DNA from: Planctopirus limnophila DSM 3776
GTDB taxonomy: Bacteria; Planctomycetota; Planctomycetia; Planctomycetales; Planctomycetaceae
Assembly: GCF_000092105.1 (NCBI RefSeq)
Contig: NC_014148.1
Coordinates: 4,200,001-4,232,000 of the forward strand
Direction of reading: 5' to 3'
DNA length: 32,000 nucleotides
Below are positions 1 to 10,148 of the stretch, piece after piece (the first letter of the stretch is position 1; each line of letters starts with the position of its first letter). The notes beneath the pieces were generated by a model that saw only the letters and a program-made list of their open reading frames with translations, had not been told where the DNA came from and did not search any database. The position numbers and the translations under genes are program-made.

Positions 1-18
1 GAGCCGATTAGCAACCCC

Positions 19-531
19 TTACCGGCCCCGCATGCTGTCGGGCAAACGCACCCAGCTCTTGCAGCCTTCAAGTGCGGGCCAGGTGGGCAAACGGATGGGT
101 GGTTGCACGCTGGTGATCGTCACTCGCAGATACGTTAATCCCGGCGACCGATACTCAAAGCGATTACGCAGAGTTGCTTCACTCCAGAGATGCTCACCTT
201 GAAGTGCTGTCACTTCTTCCCAGGTTGTTAAGCGCCGGCACTCTTGCACCTGAGCTTTGGCCGGTAAGAGAATCTCCCCGGGAAATGGGCCCCAGATCCT
301 GGCTGCGTTCAGAAATGGCCAGCTCTCTTCGGTCAGTTGACCTGCCTCCTGATGAAACTGCGTCGGCAGCAGCCAGAATTCCCGGTGTTCAGGTTGAAAC
401 CCGGCTGGCCCTTCGTGAATCCCTCCTTTGCGGAGAATGATCGACTGCCGGCCAGCCACTAAAGCGGCACAGATCGCTGCCCATTCCTTAAAAGCGAAGG
501 GTTCGATTTCATCCGCAGGGTTCAAAATCAC
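19..531 (-). CDS. DUF1802 family protein (function unknown)
   Basis: 170-aa ORF. The blocks 'KEWAAICAALVAGRQSIILRKGGIHE' and 'EFWLLPTQFHQ' match my recollection of the DUF1802 family. The overlapping + strand ORF 174..440 has non-protein-like composition. Confidence 0.7.
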   Translation of the reverse strand: MILNPADEIEPFAFKEWAAICAALVAGRQSIILRKGGIHEGPAGFQPEHREFWLLPTQFHQEAGQLTEESWPFLNAARIWGPFPGEILLPAKAQVQECRRLTTWEEVTALQGEHLWSEATLRNRFEYRSPGLTYLRVTITSVQPPIRLPTWPALEGCKSWVRLPDSMRGR

Positions 532-667
532 ATATCACCAGTGCATCGTGTCGGAGAATCGAGCGGATCATCGATTGCTGGATGATCGCCAGTAAAACCT
601 GCTCGTTTTGAATCACAACCGGCCGCCACTTGAATCACAACGTGTCAACACAATGAACCGTGATCAT

Positions 668-1585
668 CTAACGGCGATCATCACTGATCTGCTGCAGATA
701 GCGACCATAGGGATGATTCTTCCCGAATTCTGCAGCGAGCTTCAGCAGTTGAGCCGTATCAATCCAGCCCATGCGCCAGACGATCTCTTCCAGGCAGGCA
801 ATCTTCAAACCTTGCCGGGCTTCGATGACACTGACAAATGTGGAAGCTTCAATCAGCGATTCATGTGTCCCGGTATCGAGCCACGCCACACCACGCCCCA
901 GTTTCTCGACGCGCAGTAATCCATCGTGCAGATAGCTGCGATTGAGGTCAGTGATTTCTAATTCATTGCGAGGGGAAGGCTTGAGCGAACGTGCTCTTTG
1001 CGAGGCAGTGGCATCGTAGAAATAGACCCCAGTGACAGCCCAGTTGGAAGGTGGCACGGGTGGCTTTTCGATCAGCTCAATCGCCTTGCCATCAGCGTCC
1101 ATCGTCACCACGCCATAGCGCTCGGGATCACTCACATGGTAGGCGAACACTGTCGCACCGGTCGTCAGGGCACTGGCTGTCTGCAACGAATGACTTAGCT
1201 TATCGCCATAAAAAATGTTATCCCCCAGCACGAGGCAGGAAGGACGCCCGGCAATGAATTCCTCACCGATCACCAAAGCCTCTGCAATGCCACGCGGAGC
1301 CGATTGCGTGGCATAACCAATCTTCAGTCCCCACTGCGAACCATCGCCCAGCAAGCGTTCGAACAAAGCGCGATCATGAGGCGTGGTAATTATCAGAACT
1401 TCCCGAATCCCCGAAAGGAGCAGAACGCTTAACGAGTAATAAACCATCGGCTTGTCGTAGACAGGGAGCAGTTGTTTGCTGATGGCTTTTGTCGCAGGAG
1501 CCAGCCGGGTACCGGCCCCACCAGCCAACAGAAGGCCTGCGCGAGGCTGTGAAGTTGTACTGCTCACAAACTGTGTCTCTGGCAT
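668..1585 (-). CDS. rfbA: glucose-1-phosphate thymidylyltransferase (RmlA/RfbA)
   Basis: 305-aa ORF with the nucleotidyltransferase signature 'LAGGAGTRLAPATKAISKQLLPVYDKPMVYYSLSVLLLSGIREVLIITTP', plus 'LGDNIFYG' and 'GVVTMDADGKAIELIEKP', all typical of RmlA. Confidence 0.95.
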   Translation of the reverse strand: MPETQFVSSTTSQPRAGLLLAGGAGTRLAPATKAISKQLLPVYDKPMVYYSLSVLLLSGIREVLIITTPHDRALFERLLGDGSQWGLKIGYATQSAPRGIAEALVIGEEFIAGRPSCLVLGDNIFYGDKLSHSLQTASALTTGATVFAYHVSDPERYGVVTMDADGKAIELIEKPPVPPSNWAVTGVYFYDATASQRARSLKPSPRNELEITDLNRSYLHDGLLRVEKLGRGVAWLDTGTHESLIEASTFVSVIEARQGLKIACLEEIVWRMGWIDTAQLLKLAAEFGKNHPYGRYLQQISDDRR

Positions 1586-1833
1586 GTTGGGGATCGCTTG
1601 ACTCAGGAAAGCCCGATCAACAGGGCTGCGAAAAGGAAAAAACGCTAATCTGGAACTGTCAAAATCGAACGATAATGCTTTTTGAGATCGTCAACTTCAC
1701 AGAATCCACATGATGGTCAGTTGGTAGACGACCGCAGGAGTCTTATAGTCATTTGCTGTGAATTTGGGAATTCCTGTCCGTCGCCGGCACGCGGTTGTTC
1801 CGGGAATGGATCCATCGTCAGAGGGATATTCGA

Positions 1834-3570
1834 GTGTTTGCTGGCCCCCTGGTATCTCGCGAAGCATTGACGGCACCACGCCAACTCAAACATTTTCTGA
1901 TTCGCTCGGGCTATGTGGGTGGTCTGTTTGTGCTGCTCTACACCGCAGTCCAGGCCACATTTGGCCTGCAGCAGGTGAGTCGTCTGGGAGAACTGGCACG
2001 CTTTGGTGCATTAATGTTCCAGATGATCTCGCTGGTGCAGATGACTCTGATCATCTTTTTTGCCGTCCTCTTTGCCGCAGGCCGGGTTGCGCAGGAGAAA
2101 GACCGCCGGACACTGCTGCTGCTCCTCATGACCGATCTGAAAAGCATCGAACTGGTGGGTGGTAAACTGGGTGCCAGCCTGCTGCTGGTGGGTGTCCTCC
2201 TCCTGACTTCTCTGCCAGTGCTGGCCAGCATGTTACTCCTGGGAGGAGTCTCTCCCTGGCAAATCTTTGGATCGCTGCTGCTGACTGCTGCGGTGGGTCT
2301 GGCTGCGGGAGCGTGGGGAAATCTGGTCGCCTTCTGGCGGGAAAAAACGTTTCAGACACTCGCCATCAGTGTCCTGGGAATTGTGCTGTTCTTCGGTGCT
2401 GTCGAATTGCTCGGAGTTCTGCTTTCCATCGTTGGCCAGAGTGGTCTCGCCCGGACGGTGATCCTGTTAAATCCGTATCGCGGGCTGTCGGCACTCTTTC
2501 AGCCTTTGACGATGCAGGCCAACGGACAGAATGCGATTGCGGCTGTCCTCACTTCAGCCGCATTGATGACCACGCTGGGTGCCCTTTTACTCGCCACAAC
2601 GACCGCTCGATTACGCATCTGGAATCCTTCTCGAACGATGGGTGAAGCCGCCAGATCTGAGGATGATCGACTGGCAGCACCCGCTCGAAAACATCGGGAA
2701 ATCTGGGAGAATCCTGTCGTCTGGAGAGAAATCTGCACGCGGGCTTATGGCCGAAAAATCGTGCTCATCAAACTCGCCTACATCCTCCTGGCAGGATTGA
2801 TGATCGCCTCGGCGGTCTTCTCGATCGATCCCTCTCGCAAGCTGCTGGGAATGCTCCCCCCGGTTGGGTTTGCCTTTGTCGGAATGAGCCTCGTTTCCAT
2901 GTTGTTGATCAACGCCCAGGCCGTTACCGCCTTCACCAGTGAACGGGATGGCGGCACGCTCGAATTGCTGCTCGTCACCAACGTAACGGCCAAGGAGTTC
3001 ATCTACGGCAAGCTCTTGGGTGTGCTCTATAACACGATGGAACTCTTGATCATTCCCGTCGGTTTCCTCATCTGGCTGATGTTGCAGCAACAGATCACCT
3101 TCGAGAATTTCGTCTATCTGGTGATCGGACTGTTTGTGCTCTGTACCTTTGCAGCGATGCTGGGATTGCACTCCGGTTTGAGTTATTTCAGCTCACGCAC
3201 TGCCATTTCCAACAGTCTGGGAACCATCTTCTTTCTGTTCATCGGGATCTTTATCTGCCTGATGTTGATTGTGCAGGCTCAATCTTCGTTCTCGTTGCAG
3301 TTGCCGACCTTCCTGGTCTTCATTCTGGGGGGGAGCCTGGGCTTGTGGGTCTCACTGACTCATCACAATCCCTCGCCGGCACTCACGCTGGCTGCCGGGA
3401 TTCTCCCCTTTCTGACGTTCTACGCCATTACCAGTTTTCTGCTCGGGCAGACCTTGGGCGTTTGTATCTCGTTGACCGCCGCCTATGGGTTTACCACTCT
3501 GGCCATGCTCATACCGGCAATCAACAGTTTCGATATGGCGCTGGGCCGCTCGACAACAGAAAGAGCCTGA
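1834..3570 (+). CDS. fused double ABC-2-type permease-like polytopic membrane protein
   Basis: Long hydrophobic ORF with about 12 predicted TM helices. Each of its two halves is preceded by an ABC-2-like motif ('AQEKDRRTLLLLLMT' and 'TSERDGGTLELLLVT'). The start is ambiguous: the ORF opens at TTG 1795, but GTG 1834 is preceded by GAGGGA 7 nt upstream. Confidence 0.8.
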   Translation: MFAGPLVSREALTAPRQLKHFLIRSGYVGGLFVLLYTAVQATFGLQQVSRLGELARFGALMFQMISLVQMTLIIFFAVLFAAGRVAQEKDRRTLLLLLMTDLKSIELVGGKLGASLLLVGVLLLTSLPVLASMLLLGGVSPWQIFGSLLLTAAVGLAAGAWGNLVAFWREKTFQTLAISVLGIVLFFGAVELLGVLLSIVGQSGLARTVILLNPYRGLSALFQPLTMQANGQNAIAAVLTSAALMTTLGALLLATTTARLRIWNPSRTMGEAARSEDDRLAAPARKHREIWENPVVWREICTRAYGRKIVLIKLAYILLAGLMIASAVFSIDPSRKLLGMLPPVGFAFVGMSLVSMLLINAQAVTAFTSERDGGTLELLLVTNVTAKEFIYGKLLGVLYNTMELLIIPVGFLIWLMLQQQITFENFVYLVIGLFVLCTFAAMLGLHSGLSYFSSRTAISNSLGTIFFLFIGIFICLMLIVQAQSSFSLQLPTFLVFILGGSLGLWVSLTHHNPSPALTLAAGILPFLTFYAITSFLLGQTLGVCISLTAAYGFTTLAMLIPAINSFDMALGRSTTERA

Positions 3571-3630
3571 CAGACCATCCCTTCCCATGCTGCCACTATG
3601 AAATAAATTCCGGGGAAAGGAACATAGTAC

Positions 3631-4530
3631 CTATAGGCTCTGTCTCGGCAATTGGGCGAGCAGCGACTGATAGACAGGGAGCCTGGCCGCCAGTTTGCTC
3701 AGCGTCTGTTGAGTCCCTTCTTTGCGGCCAGTCGTCATGGTCAGGGCAGAAACCCATTGATCACACATGGCTTCGACGAAGGTCGGCATCGACTCGAAAC
3801 CCGGGACAGGAACATCGATCGTTTCACCATCAGTCGCTGTGCGATAGAGACGTCCCTGCCGATAGCCAGCCAGAGTGCCATCGACCATCCAACCGGTGGC
3901 AAAGGGGAGATGCCCACGTTTCCTTAATTCGATTTCTGCTCGGACGTCGCCTTCAAACAGGAGCGAAACGGACCAGTCTCCGGGAAGACCGCGGAACTGA
4001 CACGACAAGAACCTGCCTGGACACAGTTCCAAGGCTGGTTCAAGGACCAGTGAGATCTCTTCCATAAAACGGGTCGTACTATCGGTGGCTGCTTCGGGCG
4101 AAGCGGCTTCTTCGGCAAAAGGTGGTGTCCATGCCAGAGAGCGCACCGCCTTGAGTTCTCCCAGCTCCCCTCGCTGTGCCAGCAGCCGTGCCTGCAGAAA
4201 ATCAGTATCAAACTGCCGGGGAGAGATAAGTTCCAGATAGGGTGGCTGTTGAGCATTTTTGGTGGCCAAAGAAATCGACTCGATTTCGTCTGCCTGCCAG
4301 AGATGAGTCGTCACCAGCCAGATGGTATGACCATCGAGAAGAGCTTGAATCAAACCCTCCTGATAGCTTGCCAGAGGGCCGCAGCAAATGGTGCAGGTTG
4401 GTCGATGCGCAAGCACCTCAGGAGTGGCCTTAAGTGTTTCTGCTGCCAATCGCTGCAGGTCTTGGAAGAACCCCACCCATAATCCCGACCCCAGGATCTC
4501 AATGGGTACGGGAGTGGTCTCCTTCATCAT
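3631..4530 (-). CDS. hypothetical cytoplasmic protein
   Basis: 299-aa ORF with protein-like composition and an ATG start. I recognise no motif, and the competing ORFs are shorter and compositionally odd. Confidence 0.55.
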   Translation of the reverse strand: MMKETTPVPIEILGSGLWVGFFQDLQRLAAETLKATPEVLAHRPTCTICCGPLASYQEGLIQALLDGHTIWLVTTHLWQADEIESISLATKNAQQPPYLELISPRQFDTDFLQARLLAQRGELGELKAVRSLAWTPPFAEEAASPEAATDSTTRFMEEISLVLEPALELCPGRFLSCQFRGLPGDWSVSLLFEGDVRAEIELRKRGHLPFATGWMVDGTLAGYRQGRLYRTATDGETIDVPVPGFESMPTFVEAMCDQWVSALTMTTGRKEGTQQTLSKLAARLPVYQSLLAQLPRQSL

Positions 4531-4664
4531 CTGTTGATTCCGTTAGCAATTCGCAGTGCAGACCATGGTTGAAGCCTGGTCGACCTGACTGCGCCAGCCA
4601 TGGTTGTGACAACGGAAAGATCTTTGAACTGTTCCCAGGATCAAAAACCTGACTTGCCCACAAC

Positions 4665-5384
4665 TTACTGAGCACGAATGTATCCGCTCAAGCGAAGAGA
4701 GAGCTTTCCTGAGCACTTCTGGCTGGAAGGAGCATTGATCTTGACCATCAGAATACCATCCTGATTGGGCGAAAAATCCTTGTTATCGCCGATCATGAAA
4801 GGCTTGCCAGGTTTTTTGTCAGCCACCACAACCCCAATCAATGCACCAGCAGGCGCTCCCGGATACAGTTCCTGACCATTATCGGATGTGGGTAAGCCAT
4901 TGGCAGAAACATCAGCCGAAATGCTGAACTTGTAATCGCCCACGGCTTGAATCCGCAGGGGACGATCTTTGAAAACGGCACCTAAAGGCTGGCTCCAGCC
5001 TCGACTCACATCAAACTCGATTTCCGTTTCATTGGACGAAAGAATCTGCTCATTCAGTTCTTTGACTTTGGCTTGAAGGCCCGCTTGATCGGGGTCGAGC
5101 TTAAGGAGCACCTCGTAAAGATTCTTGGCTTTTTCCAGAAAACCCGCCTCTTCATATTCCTTCGCAACCGCCGCAGCATCTTTGGTGATCGAATCCTTCA
5201 GCCGATCGGCCTTCAAATCGATCTGCTTGAGAGCGGCCGGAGAAATCGGCTTGGTTTTCGTTTTGGACTTACTCGTCGAAGTCCCGCTGGTCTTGCTCTG
5301 CTGAGCAGACAAGGGAACCCCCAGGCTGCAGATCAATCCCAGACCAATCATCAGAGAGCAGCAGAATCGAAGTTGAGTCGTCAT
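4665..5384 (-). CDS. secreted hypothetical protein (signal peptide, helical linker, beta-rich C-terminal domain)
   Basis: The N-terminus 'MTTQLRFCCSLMIGLGLICSLGVPLSAQQ' looks like a signal peptide and is followed by a Ser/Thr/Lys-rich linker. The C-terminal ~110 aa is Gly/Pro/beta-rich ('GAPAGALIGVVVADKKPGKPFMIGDNKDFSPNQDGILMVKINA'). Confidence 0.7.
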   Translation of the reverse strand: MTTQLRFCCSLMIGLGLICSLGVPLSAQQSKTSGTSTSKSKTKTKPISPAALKQIDLKADRLKDSITKDAAAVAKEYEEAGFLEKAKNLYEVLLKLDPDQAGLQAKVKELNEQILSSNETEIEFDVSRGWSQPLGAVFKDRPLRIQAVGDYKFSISADVSANGLPTSDNGQELYPGAPAGALIGVVVADKKPGKPFMIGDNKDFSPNQDGILMVKINAPSSQKCSGKLSLRLSGYIRAQ

Positions 5385-5549
5385 CAGATTGACCTTCAGA
5401 TAAACAACAGGGCCCGTTGTTCCGGTTGGCAGGCCGGCCAGAGAATCTCAACCACAATGAAACGCTCTGGAAGCTTGAAAGTTCACCCCGTCGGCTGAAC
5501 TTTCATTCGTCGAAATTGATCCAGTCGTACTCAGACTGACTAAAAATGT

Positions 5550-5591
5550 GTGAATACAAACGCCGGTGCGAATGTTTCCATCCGCACCGGC
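5550..5591 (-). terminator. putative intrinsic terminator downstream of the FKBP-type PPIase gene
   Basis: Perfect 9-bp stem GCCGGTGCG (5562-5570) / CGCACCGGC (5583-5591) with a 12-nt loop. On the minus strand it is followed by the T-rich tract GTTTGTATTCACACATTTTT. Confidence 0.5.
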
Positions 5592-5642
5592 TCAGCATTT
5601 CTTCCGGCTGATGATTGCTTTCAGCTCATTGAAGAGCATCCA

Positions 5643-6125
5643 TTAACTGGGCTCAGGCTCATTGATCCCCAGCAGCTCAATCTCAAATATCAATGTTTCA
5701 CCTGCCAGGGGATGGTTGGCATCGAGAACGGCTTCCGTCTCGTTCAGTTCCACCACCCAGACAGGAAACTCTTCATCGTCATCCTCGACAGAAGTAGCCG
5801 TCAGTTGATCGCCCACTTCGGCATCTTCTGGCAGTTCCGATCGCTCGACGGTCTGTTCCAGTTCATCGTCGTAATCGCCATAAGCCTGATCGGGCTCAAT
5901 GACAATGCGCTTCTTTTCGCCAACCGTCATGCCAATCACGGCGTTGGTCAACCCCTCGATGACTTCTTCACCGCCAGCGACAAACCGTAAAGGTTCATCA
6001 GGGGTGCTCTCATCGAACACGCTTCCATCGTCCAGAGTTCCCCGATAACTGATGGTGACCATGTCACCTGCAACAACACTTGCCATTGAGATTCTCGATT
6101 CACAAACAGACCGACTGCCAATCAC
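5643..6125 (-). CDS. FKBP-type peptidyl-prolyl cis-trans isomerase (SlyD-like)
   Basis: 'GDMVTISYRGTLDDGSVFDES', 'PLRFVAGGEEVIEGLTNAVIGMTVGEKKRIVIEPDQAYG' and the C-terminal 'NHPLAGETLIFEIELLGI' are the FKBP plus insert-in-flap pattern. The likely true start is ATG 6086 ('MASVVAGDMV') rather than GTG 6125. Confidence 0.9.
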   Translation of the reverse strand: MIGSRSVCESRISMASVVAGDMVTISYRGTLDDGSVFDESTPDEPLRFVAGGEEVIEGLTNAVIGMTVGEKKRIVIEPDQAYGDYDDELEQTVERSELPEDAEVGDQLTATSVEDDDEEFPVWVVELNETEAVLDANHPLAGETLIFEIELLGINEPEPS

Positions 6126-6423
6126 GATGACGGCAAACAGATGCCACTCGCATCGCTGGCAGGAAAACTAGCCCGAAGTTTACTCATCGCCACCATGCGG
6201 CGGAAGACCCCGGATGTTCAATTGTCGATCAAGCGAAAATTCTCTCAGAATCTTGCGCCAACCCGCCAATGTTTTCAGCCCCAGAAGCAATCCCGGCCCT
6301 CACAAACCCACGCCTAATCCCTCCAGAATCAAAAAGTGATCACGCGTTCATACATGAATAGGCTGCTCTCCTGATGGAAGCAGTAGAAATCCCGGCGTCC
6401 CTTCAGAACTCCATTCCCGAACA

Positions 6424-7185
6424 TCATTGAACAGGAAGACTCAATCGCGGCAAATGATCCGCCGGGTGTTCATGAAAACCACCTAGATCAACCACCAGCG
6501 GCAGATGATCCGAGGCATCTCTCAATAGTCGGCTTTTGGCAATATGACAACTCTCGATGGCCACTCCCGAATTCACAAACACTTTGTCCAGTGCTCCTAA
6601 AGGAAGCCACGCCGGGAAAGATCGAAATCGGGAAGGTGGGCTGGAAATCTGTTTCCAGCCATGCACTGCAAACGGGCCGTTGGCCAGTGTGTTCCGCCAG
6701 TCGTTCGTATCGCCAATCGCAATAGCCGGTAATTGTCTGTGTTCGCGAAAATGCTGATGTTCAAACATCCGACGAACCTGCCAATGCCTCTCGGTTTCAC
6801 GCAATCCCAGATGCCAGTGAATCAGATGCAGCCTGCCTAACGGAGTCTGGACAACGACCAGTTGCGCACCCCTCGGCTTGTAATGTCGCCGGGTGAGTGA
6901 AATGGCATGCACCGAAGCCAGCGGATAACGCGAAGCAATGAGATTCCCATAACCGCCTTCTTTGAGACGCACATTCAACTGATAGTGCGCATGCACCAGA
7001 CCCAGTGCTTCACTAATGAGTTTGGCCTGATGGTCGTAGCGTGATCTCGCCACATGATGGTCCACTTCCTGCAGGCAGATCACATCGGGTTCTAGTGCAC
7101 GCAATGCCTCAATGATTCGTTCGAGGCGATATCGTCGATCACGTCCGCCGATCCCTTTGTGAATGTTGAAGCTGACGATCCGCAT
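6424..7185 (-). CDS. endonuclease/exonuclease/phosphatase (EEP) family protein
   Basis: 'MRIVSFNIHKGIGGRDRR...PDVICLQEVD' at the N-terminus, 'IGDTNDW' and the C-terminal 'ASDHLPLVVDL' are canonical EEP catalytic motifs. The start lies 3 nt after the stop of the upstream gene, so they are a likely operon. Confidence 0.85.
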   Translation of the reverse strand: MRIVSFNIHKGIGGRDRRYRLERIIEALRALEPDVICLQEVDHHVARSRYDHQAKLISEALGLVHAHYQLNVRLKEGGYGNLIASRYPLASVHAISLTRRHYKPRGAQLVVVQTPLGRLHLIHWHLGLRETERHWQVRRMFEHQHFREHRQLPAIAIGDTNDWRNTLANGPFAVHGWKQISSPPSRFRSFPAWLPLGALDKVFVNSGVAIESCHIAKSRLLRDASDHLPLVVDLGGFHEHPADHLPRLSLPVQ

Positions 7186-7188
7186 TCG

Positions 7189-8121
7189 TCACGCCCCGAT
7201 TTCCAGCCAGGCAGAACCCAGATAATCGAGCAGGTCAGAAGCGATGAGGCCTGGCTGCGAATGTTTTTCAGCAGCAATATCTCCTGCTCGTCCATGCAGC
7301 CAAACGGCTAACTGTGCCGCTTCAAAAGAGGGGAGTTTCTGTGCCACCAGTGCAGTGAGCAGGCCCGTCAGGACATCGCCTGTTCCTCCTGTGGCCATAC
7401 CACTGTTCCCGGTTGTGTTAATGGCCATGCGATAGCCATCGGTCACCACAGTTTCTTTGCCCTTGAGAACAACTGTCAGACCATGCCTGCGGGCAAATTC
7501 ATTGGCGAATTTTTCGCGGGCTGCTTGAATTGTGGCAGTCGTTTCACCCGTCAGACGGGCAAACTCACCCGGATGCGGCGTCATAATCCGGGCCCCCGCA
7601 CCCGGGTCTCGTGTGAGATCATCGCCACTGGCAGCAAGCACATTCAAACCATCCGCATCGATAATCATCGGGATGGGCAAAGAGCGATACAGCGCTCGCA
7701 CAATTTGTCGCGCAGGTTCGGCTGTGCCCAACCCCGGACCAATGGCAACAGCCGTGGCGACATGTAACGCCCGATGAATCGTTTCGAGAGCTCCAAAGCC
7801 GATCGCTCCGTGTGTCTCCGGCAGCCCCAACGTTAAGTAGCTGGGCTCATAAGCCGCAATCGTGGGTTGAATCGAGATCGGCGTAGCGACTGTCACCAGC
7901 CCCGCACCACCTCGCAGAGCTGCTTTTCCAGCCAGGCAGGCGGCTCCACTCATGCCCACCTGCCCAGCCACGATCAGCGCGTGTCCATAATCTCCCTTGT
8001 GTCCATCATCACGGCGATGAGGCACGATCGGAAGGTGGGTGATGCAGATAACAGCCTGTTCCTGTTCCATAATCATGACCTGCCTGCGGCGATCCAACCT
8101 GATTAACTGTGGTTCGATCAA
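7189..8121 (-). CDS. nnrD: ADP/ATP-dependent NAD(P)H-hydrate dehydratase (YjeF C-terminal type)
   Basis: 'HKGDYGHALIVAGQVGMSGAACLAGKAALRGGAGLVTVATP', 'IGPGLG', 'DADGLN', 'TPHPGEFARL' and 'GMATGGTGDVLTGLLTALVAQ' are carbohydrate-kinase-like NnrD motifs. The start may be an internal Met (M16/M18). Confidence 0.9.
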   Translation of the reverse strand: MIEPQLIRLDRRRQVMIMEQEQAVICITHLPIVPHRRDDGHKGDYGHALIVAGQVGMSGAACLAGKAALRGGAGLVTVATPISIQPTIAAYEPSYLTLGLPETHGAIGFGALETIHRALHVATAVAIGPGLGTAEPARQIVRALYRSLPIPMIIDADGLNVLAASGDDLTRDPGAGARIMTPHPGEFARLTGETTATIQAAREKFANEFARRHGLTVVLKGKETVVTDGYRMAINTTGNSGMATGGTGDVLTGLLTALVAQKLPSFEAAQLAVWLHGRAGDIAAEKHSQPGLIASDLLDYLGSAWLEIGA

Positions 8122-8194
8122 TTCTATCGATTCGATCCTGTCGGCAGAATGATGAGCTTCGATCCGCGAAAAACATTGACAGAGTTTTGCCAGC

Positions 8195-8887
8195 TTATCG
8201 CGAACGCATCTGCCGCCGGTGGCTCAAATAATCCTGCCAGAGATCAAGAAGTGGCTTCCCGCCCGCTTCTTCAAAGAGACTTTCTTTGTATGTCCCCTGT
8301 CGCATGTGAGCATTGAGCTTGGCAACAATTCCGGGGGCAGGGCCATTTTCCAGCCACAGGAAAAAGCCAGCCGTCATGTTGTAGCCCTTGGTGAAGCCTT
8401 TAGGATCGGCGCTGGTGGGAAACCAGCTCAGTGGTCGCCCTTCATAAACCGCGTAACGTAAGTAATCGGCCACTCCTTCAGTGATCCAGCCCGGCCCTGA
8501 ACGAGGTGGATAAGCCTGAATCACATGCACCATTTCATGGATCACCAGTCCGACATCTTCGGGATGATCCTTCACCCATTGTGACGAAACTGTGATCTGA
8601 TCCTTGATCGTGTGGGCGACTCCTTCTTTGCTGTTGCGGAACTTGAGTCCCATTTCACGAGGTGGCTGATAGTCTTCCGAGCCCAGCAGATTCACCATGC
8701 GTGGGTACCATTCCACAATCAGGTCTTGTGCCTCTTTTCCCCAGGTTTCCAGCTCCGGGACTTCGCTGGTGTCGAGGTTGATTTTTATGAAAGGCCTGGG
8801 CTCATCGGCAGCCGGTGCCAAAGCCATCACACCCAGTACGCAGCCCGCAGCCAGCAGCAAATGTCTCACAAAAAACTCCTCAAGCAT
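8195..8887 (-). CDS. secreted basic-secretory-protein-like (BSP, 'peptidase of plants and bacteria') putative zinc metallopeptidase
   Basis: Signal peptide 'MLEEFFVRHLLLAAGCVLGVMALAPAADE' and the HExxH motif 'HEMVHVIQ'. The overall length and motif spacing fit my recollection of the BSP family. Confidence 0.7.
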   Translation of the reverse strand: MLEEFFVRHLLLAAGCVLGVMALAPAADEPRPFIKINLDTSEVPELETWGKEAQDLIVEWYPRMVNLLGSEDYQPPREMGLKFRNSKEGVAHTIKDQITVSSQWVKDHPEDVGLVIHEMVHVIQAYPPRSGPGWITEGVADYLRYAVYEGRPLSWFPTSADPKGFTKGYNMTAGFFLWLENGPAPGIVAKLNAHMRQGTYKESLFEEAGGKPLLDLWQDYLSHRRQMRSR

Positions 8888-9191
8888 GATTTTGACAGCC
8901 GACTTCTCGCAATTCTTGCCCAGTTTTCAGGCCGAAACCAGAAGATTCTGCAAGGACGCCTGCAAACGTTCTGCATTCCACCTGACGAACTTCTGGCACC
9001 ACAAGCCAACTGAACTTTGACAAGTTTCCTCGAGGAAGCGGGCTTTGCAGGTTTGCCCAGATGCGCCATAATCGATGTAAACTCTGGCAGGCGCAAGCGC
9101 TGCACGTCAACATAGATTTCTGGCAGGCATCATTCCTGACGGTTGCCAGCCTGTTTATTGAACACTCGTTTCTTTTGGAAGGATCCGGCGA

Positions 9192-10121
9192 ATGCCCATC
9201 TTTAAGGACAACTCAGAATCGATCGGGCGGACGCCACTGGTGCAGATCAATCGTTTGACGGCCGGTCTTTCGAGCCGGGTACTGGCCAAAATCGAAGGCC
9301 GCAACCCCGCCTACAGCGTCAAGTGCCGCATTGGCGCCGCGATGATCTGGGATGCCGAACAATCCGGGAAGCTCAAGCCCGGCATGCATGTTGTCGAACC
9401 CACCAGTGGGAACACCGGCATCGCCCTGGCATTTGTCTGTGCTGCCCGAGGCTATAAGCTCACCTTGACCATGCCCGAAACGATGTCGATTGAGCGGCGG
9501 ATGATGCTCAAAAGCTTCGGTGCCGATCTGGTCCTCACTCCCGGGGCTGACGGTATGAAGGGAGCCATTTCCAAAGCCGAAGAACTGGCGGCACAGCCTG
9601 GCTGGTTCATCCCTCAGCAGTTCAAGAATCCGGCCAATCCCGCCATTCATGTCAAAACCACTGGCCCCGAAATCTGGAATGATACCGAAGGACAAGTGGA
9701 TGTTTTTGTGGCAGGGGTGGGGACTGGCGGCACAATTACAGGTGTTGCCCGATTCCTGAAACACGAAAAGAAACACCCGGTGCATGTGGTCGCTGTTGAA
9801 CCCGCAGCCAGCCCTGTGCTGGCGGGTGGCCCGGCAGGCCGCCACAAGATTCAAGGGATTGGTGCCGGCTTTGTCCCCGACACTTTTGATCGTTCAGTCG
9901 TCGATGAGATTTTGAGCGTCACCGATGATGAAGCCATCGAGACCGCCCGTAAGCTGGCGATGGAAGAAGGCATCAGTTGCGGCATCAGTTGCGGCGCTGC
10001 GATGGCTGGCGCTCTCAAGGTGGCAGCACGCCCTGAATTTGCTGGCAAAACGATTGTGACAGTCCTGCCCGATGCCGGTGAACGCTATCTCTCGACGGCA
10101 CTTTTTGAGAACCTCCGGTAA
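9192..10121 (+). CDS. cysK: cysteine synthase A (O-acetylserine sulfhydrylase)
   Basis: '[12 protein letters not shown]', PLP-lysine context '[16 protein letters not shown]', '[14 protein letters not shown]' and '[11 protein letters not shown]' are diagnostic CysK motifs. 309 aa. Confidence 0.95.
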   Translation: MPIFKDNSESIGRTPLVQINRLTAGLSSRVLAKIEGRNPAYSVKCRIGAAMIWDAEQSGKLKPGMHVVEPTSGNTGIALAFVCAARGYKLTLTMPETMSIERRMMLKSFGADLVLTPGADGMKGAISKAEELAAQPGWFIPQQFKNPANPAIHVKTTGPEIWNDTEGQVDVFVAGVGTGGTITGVARFLKHEKKHPVHVVAVEPAASPVLAGGPAGRHKIQGIGAGFVPDTFDRSVVDEILSVTDDEAIETARKLAMEEGISCGISCGAAMAGALKVAARPEFAGKTIVTVLPDAGERYLSTALFENLR

Positions 10122-10148
10122 CTCAGATTCTCTTCATCTGGCAGGAAT

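Noticed and set aside
608-919. 103-aa + strand ORF overlapping the rfbA 3' end
   Set aside because: It is antisense to rfbA, whose frame carries diagnostic motifs.
2611-3171. 186-aa ORF on the - strand inside the permease gene, plus other ORFs between 1938 and 3002
   Set aside because: It is antisense to a coherent 12-TM hydrophobic ORF. Its charged low-complexity composition is typical of the reverse frame of membrane genes.
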